From the NCBI GenBank assembly GCA_963706795.1, contig OY970170.1, positions 630,001 through 662,000 of the forward strand: a stretch of 32,000 bases of DNA, written 5' to 3'. Under the pieces are notes generated by a model, which saw nothing but the letters and a program-made list of their open reading frames with translations, did not search any database and was not told where the DNA came from. Position numbers and translations under genes: made by a program. Of this stretch, positions 14,892-25,007 are shown piece by piece (the first letter of the stretch is position 1; each line of letters opens with the position of its first letter). The stretch comes from Candidatus Saccharimonadota bacterium. GTDB taxonomy: Bacteria; Patescibacteriota; Gracilibacteria; BD1-5; UBA2023.

Positions 14892-17408
14892 TTATTGAAA
14901 AAGTGCTCGAAGAGTGCTTTTTGTGGTTGATTGGGGTATTATTTGAAATTGATATCCAGTAAATTTTCTTACCCCGTCTCTTGCTCATTCTTCAGTCATT
15001 CTCTGGAATACTAGTTCTTTATATCTCGTATCGAGATTTTCTACTAACTGATCTCATTTACTTTCTATGATATAGATTAACTCAAGTTTTCACGCTGTAT
15101 CTTGTTTTGCAATAATAAAATCAGGATATATTTTATTCTTTCTCCACGCCTGTATCTTGTAGGCACTTTCTTCCACCTTATTTCTCATCCACCATAACAC
15201 CTTTTCTTTTGTTCTGAGTTCTTCTATAACCTCCTTTTCGAGATTATTCATAGTTACATAATCCACTGCCAGATGGAGACACTTTGGATCAGTCTTGAGT
15301 GGCAGAATTGTCTCGCTATCTTCGTCAAATTTTGCTGGAGCTGAATATAATGTTGGAATTGTATAACCTCACTCTTGTGTGATTGCAAGAAATATAGTTC
15401 ACTCAGATACAAGTTTATTAAAAACAATCTCTTCATTTTTATAGCACTCACTTCTGATAAATTTCGAAATTTCATGCGCAATATATCCAAAATCACTTTC
15501 GATAGTGGGTCTATCTATTTTTTTGGATAAATTTCAGACAATTTGTTGAACGAGGTCATAGGATACAAATGGATTCCCAATATATTCTGATATTATTTGA
15601 GAGGTGATATATTCATCTCATCACTCGACATGTTCTTTTTCATATTCTATACCCTCTCAGGCATATTCTCCTCAAAGAAAATATTGGAGATCAGTACCTT
15701 GCATCTTCTGTTTTCCTACAGTTTTTATGAGTACTTCCAAAAGTGGAGCAAGGTCTAGATTATTCCAGTCTATTCGAGGAAGAATATCTGATCTATATGA
15801 CAATGCACGAATCCCGTGAGTATCCTCTATATGCCAAATTGGAAGCGAGAGAGATTCTGGATATTCTTCGATAAATTGAGATTGTATAGAGAAATCTCTA
15901 TACATGAGTCATTTTCCACTTGGTCCTGAGCTTCCTTTGACCGTATCGATTATGTCTTCGAGCCCGTCACTTTCCAGAGATTTTTTGATTCCCTTGAGAA
16001 GCTCCTCACTATCTGAGTGATTGAAATACGCATAACACTGATCGAGTTCCGATATACCTGTACGCTTTGTGTATGGTTGTCTCAAAACACGCCCTATAAG
16101 CTGAGTGAGGGCAGTAGTACTACTGGAAGTAGGAATCACTCATAAAACATAAGCAAAGGGGCAATCCCAGCCCTCCATAAGTGCCTGTTTGGTGATAATA
16201 TATCGTATATCTGAATCTTGAGACATGAGGACCTCATCTTTGAGTTCGTCGATATATGATGATTTTATAGCTATCTGATTGCTTGGTATTCCTATCTCTA
16301 CGAGATACTCTTTTACATCGTCAGCGTGGACATGAAGCCCATCTCTCTTGTCCTTTCCAGTTCTATCCGCTTGGAGGAGTGCTATAGGTCTGATATAGTC
16401 ACCTTTTTGCTCTTTTAGTCCGAGTGCTTTCTTTTCAAGTTCTTCTCTCTTTTCTCGTACATCATGTATGAGTTCCCTCCAGTTATCATTTGACTCTGGA
16501 CGGACATTGATAGGGAGCTTTATCATCTCATCTCTATAGAGGTCCATTCACTTGATAGTGACGAGGATATTCATCCCAGCTTTTGGCGTGGCGGAGAGTC
16601 CTATCATACATCGAGGATTGAGAGAATCGAGAACTCTTCTCTGAGCATCAGTATAGACCTTATGAAACTCATCCACGATAAAAAGCGGATTACATACTCG
16701 TATGATATTTCCGAGACTTGTCTTTATTTGTTTGACTCATAGGAGGTCTTGCTCGAAGCAATCGAGCATAGGGAATTTTTCCACAAGAGCATCTATCTTA
16801 TCTTTCTCATGCTCCATAGGGAAGAAATCCATAAAATTCCCAGAATCTCGAAAGACTCTCAGATTTTCTTTTGTTTCTTGATTGGCTGATTGTATCATCA
16901 CCATAAGCACGACGAGGTTTTCTTGAGTATCTTGCCATCGTATTGCATCGGTTTTTTCGAGTATAAGGGTTCTATCACCACTTACCTGATCGAGCATCTG
17001 CCTATAGGGATTTGTCTTATCTTTGAGCTTCTCTATTGTCTGGAGGTATATAGAATCCGTATGAGTTACCCATACGATGAGTCCTGTTCTCTTTTCGAGG
17101 AATTGGTTTTGATAGTGCTCTACGGTTTTGATACCAAGTAGTGTCTTTCCTCCACCTGTAGGCACTTTGATACAGAGGCGTGGATATATCACTCATGCAC
17201 TTTCTGGAATATCAGAAAAATCCCTATATTCTGGAGTTTTTGTATATATCTCTTTTACTGGAGGAATAAGTGAAGCAATCATAGAGTCGAGTCCTGCCAT
17301 CTTCAATTTCTGGAGTTTATCATTGTACGAAAAAGACTCATCTTTCCATTTTTGGAAAAATGTCTCAAGTGTAAGTACCACTTTTTGTTGAGAGCTTTTT
17401 AGTAACAT
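14892..17408 (-). CDS. res: Type III restriction enzyme Res subunit (838 aa; SF2 helicase plus C-terminal PD-ExK nuclease)
   Basis: One frame, re-stitched through 15 TGAs. Motif I is 'VPTGGGKT', motif II is 'VDEFH', and there is an 'EGWDCP' box. Motif VI is 'QLIGRVLR'. The C-terminal 'YPDF...IIESKG' matches PD...ExK. The TAA stop is at 14892-14894. The start lies 2 nt after the mod stop. Confidence 0.85.
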
Positions 17409-17410
17409 AA

Positions 17411-19105
17411 TTATTTTCTTTGGAATAGATTATAAGGTACTTGTACGAAAGATATATGATTATCATCGAGGACCTCTTTATCGAGGAAGCACGCTGGAGC
17501 ATATACTATTTTCTTTCCCTCTGTAGATTTTACGCTTTCGAGCCAGTCACGAGTGATAGCAAGATTGCGGAGTTCCTCTATAGTATCTGCATATATGAGA
17601 TATACACCTGTATTTCGGTCCTCAGTACATATTTCCCATGTAGAATCTGGATCAGCAATATCATCTATTGGCTTGCCTGTAGCAAGGAAGTAGACATACT
17701 TTGCGAAACTTTCCCAGCTTGGAAGTGATTCTCATTCAAGGATTTTTCGTCACTCAATAGATGGACCAAGATTATAATAGGTAAAACCGACAGCGAGATC
17801 ATATTTTTCTACTACTTTTTTTATGCGGTCACGAGTTATTTCGTGAATAAAATCATATCAAGCTGATTTTGCCTGTGCCTTTTCTGTAAGAGTTTCTGGA
17901 AGTTGTACGAGGATAAATTTTCTATTTCCACCATCCTCTTGATTCAATTCCATAATAGCCTGTGCAGTTGTTCCAGATCCAGCAAAAGAATCAAGAAATA
18001 TTCCATTCTCAGAATTTGGAATAAATCAAAAGAAATACTTGAGCATATGCTTTGATTTCGGATTATCAAAGACTTTTACTCCACCAAACAATTCTGTAAG
18101 TTCGTTTGTACTTCAGCGACCATCCTCATAATAAAGACTTCGGAAACGATCCGAAATATTATCCAATCTTATTTTTGGCTTAATTAAAGTTGTCTCGTCT
18201 TTTCAAAACATTATGTCCTTATTCTTGAGCATATCAATCATCGTTGCCTCTGAAAATCTATATCAATTCGGCGGTAACGAACAAACTTCTCCAGTTAGTG
18301 GATGAACAACATCATATGTATACCCTCAAAGCCGAGTATTTGAGATATCTCAATCATGAAAGACTCATTTTTCATCAACATTATCGTAATGAGTTACTCT
18401 TTTTAAAGCATTTTCATTTTCTCGTATCCATTTTCTGAGTAACTTTTGAATTTTTTCAAAATCATCTCCAAATTCTTCTTTTAGTTCTGCATATTTTGTA
18501 TTTATCATCATTCATCAATGACTCATATTCTTCCAGTAAGTCTGAGAACTCTTATTTTTTGAATATATCAAAACATATTCATGTTCCATTACAATCTGGG
18601 TAGGATTATTATCTGTGGCAGTTTGAACGACTACAGTACCCAAAAAATCACCCTCCCTAAAAATATCATCACATAGAGATCTGAGATTATTTACCTCATT
18701 TTCATCTATCGAAATAAATATCACTCCATCTTCAGCAAGAAGCTCTCTCAAAAGTTTGAGACGAGGAGTCATCATACAGAGCCACTTATCGTGACGAGTC
18801 ATATCCTCTTTATCTATAACTTTTCCGAGCCATTCTTTTATAATGGGACTACTTACATTATCATTATATGCCCAGCCCTCTTTTCCTGTATTGTACGGGG
18901 GGTCAATATATATACATTTTACTTGCCCTTGATATTTCGGGAGGAGAGCCTTCAGAGCGAGGAGATTATCTCATTCTATAAGGAGATTTTCACTCGCATT
19001 TTCACCATCGAGAGAATTTGATTCTACTTTTTCGAGAGTGTGATATGGTACTGAGAGGTGATGATTCCAGACAGCTGATTTTCCTTTAAAATTAAGTGAT
19101 GCCAT
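17411..19105 (-). CDS. mod: Type III R-M Mod subunit (564 aa; beta-class N6-adenine/N4-cytosine DNA methyltransferase)
   Basis: One frame, re-stitched through 13 TGAs. The N-terminal segment reads 'LIE(G)DNLLALKAL'. The catalytic motif IV is 'IDPPYNTG'. It also has 'HDKWLCMMTPRLKLLRELL' and the AdoMet motif I 'DSFAGSGTT'. The mod-res gene order is typical of type III systems. Confidence 0.9.
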
Positions 19106-19261
19106 AACAAATACCTTTTGTGAATAAATCTCATTGTTCCTTATCTATCCTAGATGTAGAGCATCTTACACAATATGATTAAAACACCAATCATAAACCT
19201 CCTAAATGCACTATATTTGATAACAATTGATTCTTTATTGCTAACACAAGTTGTCCTTACA

Positions 19262-19305
19262 AAAACTCAATAATAAAACCCGTCATATATGACGGGTTTT
19301 ATTAT
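19262..19305. repeat. Right copy of the 44 bp direct repeat. It also serves as terminator for the S8 peptidase gene.
   Basis: Identical to 14835-14878. The palindrome is truncated on its right arm, after ATTAT. Confidence 0.9.
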
Positions 19306-19315
19306 GTTCTTTCTT

Positions 19316-21154
19316 CTATTGCGCCATGAGCTTATATGCTAGCTGAAACACTTCTGATCTCATTGCAAAGGTATTCGGCAAGAAGAAATCAGTCTTGGTG
19401 ATATATCCCTTAGTGGCTGCGGTATTGATATATCCTGCAAGGTCACCCATAGATACTGATACATCCTTAAAACCAGCACTTATTTGCGAGACCTGTACGT
19501 TTTTGGCTGCGAGGATGATCTTGATCATCTCAGCTTTGGTTACCAGATCTGAGGGGCGGAATTTTGAGTTATTTTTTGATACCATTCCTGCTTGTGCTGC
19601 TGCTTCGACATATCAGCAGAGATCTCCGATAGAGTCGCTTACATCACCGTAGATTTTGCCAGAACAGGGTACAGTGGCTTTACCCGAAAGCTTGATTGCA
19701 ATTTTTACAATCTCAGCGCGAGTAATTTGATCACCAAGACGATAACCTGACTCTGTGGATTGCGTAGAAATAACGCCTGATGCTGCGAGTGACTCAAAAT
19801 ATGTGAGAGACTTTTTTGTATCTGTAATTGGAGCAGTTGGTTTTACTGCAGTTGTTGTTGGTTTCTTTGCGGCTGCTTCTGAGAGCTTTCGACCCAAGAT
19901 ATCGAGATATTTTGCAGCATCTACTATTCTTGTTCGATCAGCAAGCTTGGTGAAGTTCATGTTGTCCGTCGAGTAATTAAAGTCACTCACACTCTCTGTG
20001 AGGCTGTCAAAAACCATGTCTGCAGGTGCACTTCCATATCTGTTGTAACCGAGTGCAACGATACCCGCGATGATCGGTGCAGAAAATGATGTTCCGTCTT
20101 TGCTATCGTACCTATATCCATCGGTATAAACAGGAATTGAGGTTGATAATATATCCTCCCCAGGAGCCCAGAAATTTACACAATTTCCAAAATTAGACCA
20201 TTCACTCTTTTTTCATTCTCTATCTATAGAGCCTACTCAGATAGATAATTTATTGTCCTTGCCACCATTATTACAGACAGGTGAGATAGGACTGACGCTG
20301 AGATCGAGTCACTTTATTCAGTACGTATAGGCATCTCAGTTTCCTGCGGCGATGACGGTTACAATATTTTTGCTTGCAGCTTTTTTGATTACTGCGTCAA
20401 AATTCGTGCTGTATGCAAATTGGCTTTTTCCAAGACTCAAATTGATAATATTGGCACCATTGTCTATAGCGAAGTTCATGGCGCGAATGATATTCTCTTC
20501 TTTTGCTGATCCAGATCACTCCACAGGGAAAACTCGCAGTGGCATAATTTTTGCATTCTTAGCAATTCCGGCAATTCCTACATTATTTTCGGAAGTCGCT
20601 CAGATAATACCAGCTACCATGGTACCATGCCCTTGTGATGCAAAGTTAGCCAGGTTATCGCCTACAAAGTCCTTTACCTTGCTTGCTCCATAGGCAGCAG
20701 TTGGATCAATCCATATGCTATTTATGAGATCAGGTTGACTAATATCCAGTCCATCATCTATGACCGCAACAACAACCTGTTTTGGATCTGTGACCTGTTT
20801 CCAAGCAGCAGGAACATTCATGGTCTTTAAATAATACTGCCTGTGCGAATACGTGTCATTTGTTGGGGCAGTTTTCTTGAGATTCTCATCTGCAACGAGA
20901 TCGAGCATAGCATCAATGCTTTCAATGCTCCACTTATATGTCGCATATACCTTTGCTCACTTAAGATAGGTTTCTGCTTGTTCGAGTTTTCCGTCATTAA
21001 AGGCGTCGATTCCTTTATCGTAGAGTCCACATGCATTCTGAGCCAGGTTTGTTTGATCTGGTGTACAGCGAGGAGGTGTAGTGACAGCAAGGGCTGTGGA
21101 ACTTGCTCCTGATATGAAACAAATAAGTGCCAAGATATAAAGAATCTTTTTCAT
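19316..21154 (-). CDS. Secreted subtilisin-like S8 serine peptidase with C-terminal SLH-like domains (612 aa)
   Basis: One frame through about 9 TGAs. The signal peptide is MKKILYILALICFISGASSTALA. The catalytic residues are Asp in 'VAVIDDGLD', His in 'GHGTMVAGII' and Ser in 'GTSFSAPIIAG'. Three SLH-like repeats follow, for example 'DVSDSIGDLC(G)YVEAAAQAGMV...FRPSDLVTKAEMIKIIL'. Confidence 0.9.
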
Positions 21155-21389
21155 GTGAAATGGAAGAAATAAATATTTCACAGAATACATAAAAAGGAGG
21201 ACTATATTCTGTAGTGATGCATTGTTTAGCGGGCATATATTAATTTTTGCCCGAACAATGCCAACTTTAAAATAAAGTATTCTTGAATCTTTCTTATTTT
21301 TCCCCCAAAACCTCTCATTCCAGTCTCTCAAGATTTTCTTCATTTGATGGCAAAAAATGTGCTCAATGCAGCCTGCAAGCTCTGAGTCT

Positions 21390-21983
21390 TTAAATGCTTG
21401 CACTCAGGACACTCTTCATCCCAAAGACTTTTTGAGGGAGATTTCCTATTTTTGGAAGTAGATTTTTGACTCGAGTTCAGACGATATAGCCGATTGAGAG
21501 TGGTGAGGCCCCAAACCAGCGCAGATAACTTTGTTCAGCGAGATGGAGATAGTCTTCGGCTCCGAGACGATTGTGGCGCTTCTCAAGCAAAAACCAATAT
21601 CCGTAGAGTGCAGCATCTCAGGCAGTTTTAAATTCTTGTTTTGCGAGATAATCGTGGACGTAGGGTTTTGCTACAATTTCTTGGCGCTCTTCTGGTAGCC
21701 CTCAGCATAAAAGCTGTGCAACGTATTCACATACATATTGAATCACGAGTGCATCCTCGACAAGCAACGAACCCTTCTTTGTGCTGAGCTCCTCACATGC
21801 TCGCAGAATCACAGCATCATAGACTTGAGCGTTATCCATGACGAGTATTTCGCCAGGTTGACTAGTCATCATATGCTGATGATTTTGATTTGCCGCATGC
21901 AATTGATGGGCAATCTGTATCATGGTTTTCTTTTCGCGAGCAGGCGATAATTTATTTTCAAGGAGGGACATAAACTGAATCAT
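21390..21983 (-). CDS. Hypothetical protein (197 aa under table 25)
   Basis: ORF 21702-21983 continues through TGAs at 21702, 21618 and 21477 to a TAA at 21390-21392. I recognise no confident family. Confidence 0.4.
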
Positions 21984-22074
21984 AGCCTAAGAATCCGAAA
22001 GTCAAATTATTGAATGATTCACTATAATCTCACTACAGAGGTGTCTTTCCATCTCGAATAATTTTCATGAGCTG

Positions 22075-22131
22075 CTCTTACTCATTTCTTACGGGGATTT
22101 GTTATTCTGTTTTCGTGACATTCGAGTTCAC
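22075..22131 (+). promoter_or_regulatory. Distal copy of a ~55 nt repeated upstream unit containing TCTTAC-N5-TCTTAC
   Basis: TCTTAC occurs at 22076-22081 and 22087-22092, an 11 bp phase. The unit is about 79% identical to the proximal copy over the first 42 nt. Confidence 0.4.
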
Positions 22132-22227
22132 CTGCCACCACGATCGGAGATTTCAACCACATTCTATAAATCCATTCCAATCAACCGGCACGAATACACG
22201 GAGACATATCAGTCGTAGAGGCAACCA

Positions 22228-22282
22228 TTCTTACTCCTTTCTTACGTTCAACTGCTATTCTGCTCTCGTGATCACTCGTCAC
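22228..22282 (+). promoter_or_regulatory. Proximal copy of the repeated upstream unit. It is a candidate response-regulator box overlapping the promoter of the 22314 gene.
   Basis: TCTTAC occurs at 22229-22234 and 22240-22245. The unit ends about 30 nt upstream of the ATG. Confidence 0.4.
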
Positions 22283-22313
22283 TTTAGTTTCTATCTTTAT
22301 AAGTTATACATAT

Positions 22314-22943
22314 ATGAAAAAAACAACTCTCGTAGCTTCTGTGCTTATCGCAGGAATTACTCTCGCATCTGCTGCTTCTACTTTTGCAGCCGTGAATACT
22401 ACGAAAAAGTTCACAACAAAGTCAAACACTTCTACTTCTCAAACTCAGGGAAATTACGGACAAGAAGGAAGAGGCGGACGAGGCGGACCAGGATTCGGAG
22501 GTCCAGAATCTCAGATGACTGATGCAGAAAAGACCGCTTTCGAAGCAATGTCTGACGCTGATAAAAAGACATTCATGGATTCAAAACGCGAAGCTGAAAA
22601 GACAAAGCGTGACGCTCAGGATGCAGTCATTGACAAGCTTCTTAATGGAGAAACGCTTACTGATGCCGACAAGGTTATCGTAACTGCTATCAAGGCAGAA
22701 CGAGCAGCACACAAGGCAAAGGAAACTGAAATGAAGACAAAGATGGATGCAATCAAGGCAGCTCTCGATAAAAAGGCTGCAGGAACGACCCTTACTGCTG
22801 ATGAACAGGCGCTCATTGATAGTATGCCAAAAATGAACCGCGGAGGGGATCGTGGTGGACATGGGGGCAATGGACAGCGAAGTCAGAAGCCTGCAAACGC
22901 AAATGCTACTACCAACACATCTACAACAACCGTAACACAATAA
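22314..22943 (+). CDS. Secreted Lys/Ala/Asp-rich helical protein, Spy/CpxP/ZraP-like (tentative)
   Basis: The signal peptide is MKKTTLVASVLIAGITLASAASTFA. Repeated 'LTDAEK', 'LTDADK' and 'LTADEQ' helix starts are reminiscent of the LTXXQ family. Gly/Arg-rich low-complexity ends are present. It sits immediately upstream of an OmpR-type two-component pair. Confidence 0.6.
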   Translation: MKKTTLVASVLIAGITLASAASTFAAVNTTKKFTTKSNTSTSQTQGNYGQEGRGGRGGPGFGGPESQMTDAEKTAFEAMSDADKKTFMDSKREAEKTKRDAQDAVIDKLLNGETLTDADKVIVTAIKAERAAHKAKETEMKTKMDAIKAALDKKAAGTTLTADEQALIDSMPKMNRGGDRGGHGGNGQRSQKPANANATTNTSTTTVTQ

Positions 22944-22965
22944 GACCTTTCTTGGGAAGCGAAAT

Positions 22966-22993
22966 GTGCCTGCCAGAAACGGCGGGCACTTTT
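22966..22993 (+). terminator. Rho-independent terminator or attenuator between the CpxP-like gene and the response regulator
   Basis: Stem GTGCCTGCC, loop AGAAAC, stem GGCGGGCAC, then TTTT. Confidence 0.7.
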
Positions 22994-23045
22994 GCAATCT
23001 GAGAGAAAATTACCAAAATGCAGTATCACATCATTTTTTAAATCC

Positions 23046-23720
23046 ATGCACGTCTTGCTTATCGAGGACAACATCCAGCTTGCGCAGACCGTCACACGAT
23101 ATCTCGCGAGCGAGGATATTGCCTGTACGCTCAGACTCGATGGTGCAGAGTGATATGCCGAAGCCGTAAATGGCAACTATGATGTCATCGTGCTCGATAT
23201 CGGGCTTCCGAGTATGGATGGTACGGCAATCTGTCGCAGACTTCGCGCCGAATGAAGCGCGGCACCCATTATTATGCTTACCTCTCGATCAACACGGGAT
23301 GATATCATCGAAGGACTCGATTATGGAGCGGATGATTATCTCGCAAAACCCTGTGATTACCGCGAGCTCGTGGCTCGTATCAGAGCACTTGGACGCCGTA
23401 ATAACACACAAAAAGGCACCGAAATCATCGATCTTGGTGATCTTAAAATCGATCTCCAAGATCACACGGTAGTATTCGAAGGCAAAAATATAGAGCTCTC
23501 TAAACGTGAATTTGAACTTCTACTCTATTTCGCACGAAATGCCGGAAACACTCTCACCAAACAGGATATCGCCGAAAAAGTCTGGTGAATCTATGATCTC
23601 TTCGCCGATCAAAAAGTTGTAGAAGTCTATATCGGATATCTTCGCAAAAAAATCCCAAACTGTATCACTACTAAAAAGGGCTATGGCTACAGTCTCGATG
23701 AGCGGTTTCTCAAGTCCTAA
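23046..23720 (+). CDS. OmpR/PhoB-family response regulator (224 aa)
   Basis: The receiver domain shows 'VLLIEDN' and 'DVIVLDIGLPSMDG', with 'IIMLTSR' and 'GADDYLAKP'. A winged-helix C-terminus shows 'LSKREFELLLYF' and 'VEVYIGYLRKKI'. In-frame TGAs are at 23151, 23253 and 23586. Confidence 0.9.
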
Positions 23721-23728
23721 AATCCACT

Positions 23729-24970
23729 ATGACAGCACATTCTCTTATTTCGACCGAACGTAAGCTCATACTCATTTTTGTGAGTGGTGCACTACTCTTT
23801 TTAGTGTCATTCGAGTGAATATTTCTCCTGACTCGCACACTTCAAGAAAATCAGCTTCAAAGGACGAATTTTGATCATGAGGCCAGCATGACGAATGATC
23901 GTCGAGGTGATAGCAATAGGCGCCCAGGTGCACCGTCATGAGATCGTCCTCCCCAAGCCCGTCAGGACAATAACAATGGCAGGCCGCCAGTAGATATTGG
24001 TTATATCGTAATTGATTCGAGTGGTGAACTCTTGCTCAGTCGACTCGGTGGAGCGTCGGATATTATCTCAACCGAAGACGTCCTAGATCGCAATATCTTG
24101 CTCGGACTTCCTATATGAGAGACGGTTTCAACTGGTGGATTCTTGCTTCGTAAAGTATCAAATACGACTGCACTTGGCGGCACCAAGATCTTTATTGGGA
24201 AGGGTGGATATTCATTTGATGACATGATCCGCGATATTTTGCGATTTGTAGCGATGGACGTACTGATTTTGATCCCGTTTTGGTTCGGGGCGCAGTATTT
24301 TATCCGCAGGACGCTCGAGCCAGTGACCAAAAATTTGGATGATATGACGCATTTTATTCATGATGCTGGACACGAACTCAAAACGCCGCTCGCAATTGTT
24401 TCCGGAAATATCCAATTTCTCCGTGATACCAAAAAACTCGATCCAGAAATCCTCGAAACCAGTCTCGCGACCGTGCATTCCATGGCCGAATCACTCGATG
24501 GACTGCTCGAACTCTCACAAATTCAGTGACTCGCAGACAAAGAAGACTGCCTACTCGCAGAAGTCGTTCAAGAAATCCTCACGCTTCATGCAACTAAGCT
24601 TGAGAGTAAAAAAATCACAACTATCGTAGAGATTGATCCACGTGCTGTGATCCAAATGAATCGAAAACACTTCCAGATTTTGTTTGCAAATCTCCTGCAA
24701 AATGCGATCAATTATAATATCCCAAATGGCAAAATCACGATCGCCTATGACAAAAAAATATTCTCAGTTCAAGATACGGGTATCGGTATCAAGCAGGAAA
24801 ATATCGACAAAATCTTCAATCGATTTTTCCGAGTAGATCGTAGTGGACAATACCCTGGAACAGGAATCGGTCTCGCCATTGTCGACCGCATCCTCAAGCT
24901 CTACAAATGGAATATCTCCGTCGAAAGTGAAGTCGGAAAAGGCACCAAATTTGCTATTAAAATGCGTTAA
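23729..24970 (+). CDS. Sensor histidine kinase (413 aa)
   Basis: There are two TM segments. The H-box is 'HDAGHELKTPLA'. The N box is 'LLQNAINYN', the G1 box is 'VQDTGIGI', and the G2 box is 'GTGIGLAIV'. In-frame TGAs are at 23816, 23939, 24116 and 24527. Confidence 0.9.
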
Positions 24971-24971
24971 A

Positions 24972-25007
24972 AAAATGATCTGTCCTATACGAAGGACAGA
25001 TCATTTT
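24972..25007. terminator. Bidirectional terminator shared by the convergent kinase and transglycosylase genes
   Basis: Stem AAAATGATCTGTCCT, loop ATACGA, stem AGGACAGATCATTTT. It overlaps the last codons of the minus-strand gene. Confidence 0.7.

Larger units (their letters stand above)
14879..19261 (-). mobile_element. AT-rich genomic island carrying a type III R-M system, inserted between tRNA-Arg and the S8 peptidase gene
   Basis: It is bounded by perfect 44 bp direct repeats. By eye it is more AT-rich than its flanks. It contains only mod and res and has no integrase or transposase. Confidence 0.6.

Noticed and set aside
19150-19215. Upstream of mod on the minus strand, a perfect AGGAGG is followed by a 14-codon ORF (MIGVLIILCKMLYI). 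It could be a leader peptide or a C-protein-like controller.
   Set aside because: It is too short for a controller protein. The SD-to-ATG spacing is only 3 nt. No other gene here uses an SD. I cannot check conservation, so it is probably chance in AT-rich DNA.
21155-21983. There may be a degenerate IS630/Tc1-like transposase. The clues are 'ILVMDNAQVY' (DNAxxH-like) in the 197 aa ORF and 'SELAGCIEHIFCHQMKKIL' (like SPELNPIEHxW) in the open frame upstream of the peptidase start.
   Set aside because: The two motifs are in different frames and about 155 codons apart, far more than the ~35 residue DD-E spacing. I found no terminal inverted repeats. The resemblance is too weak to call a mobile element without an HMM search.
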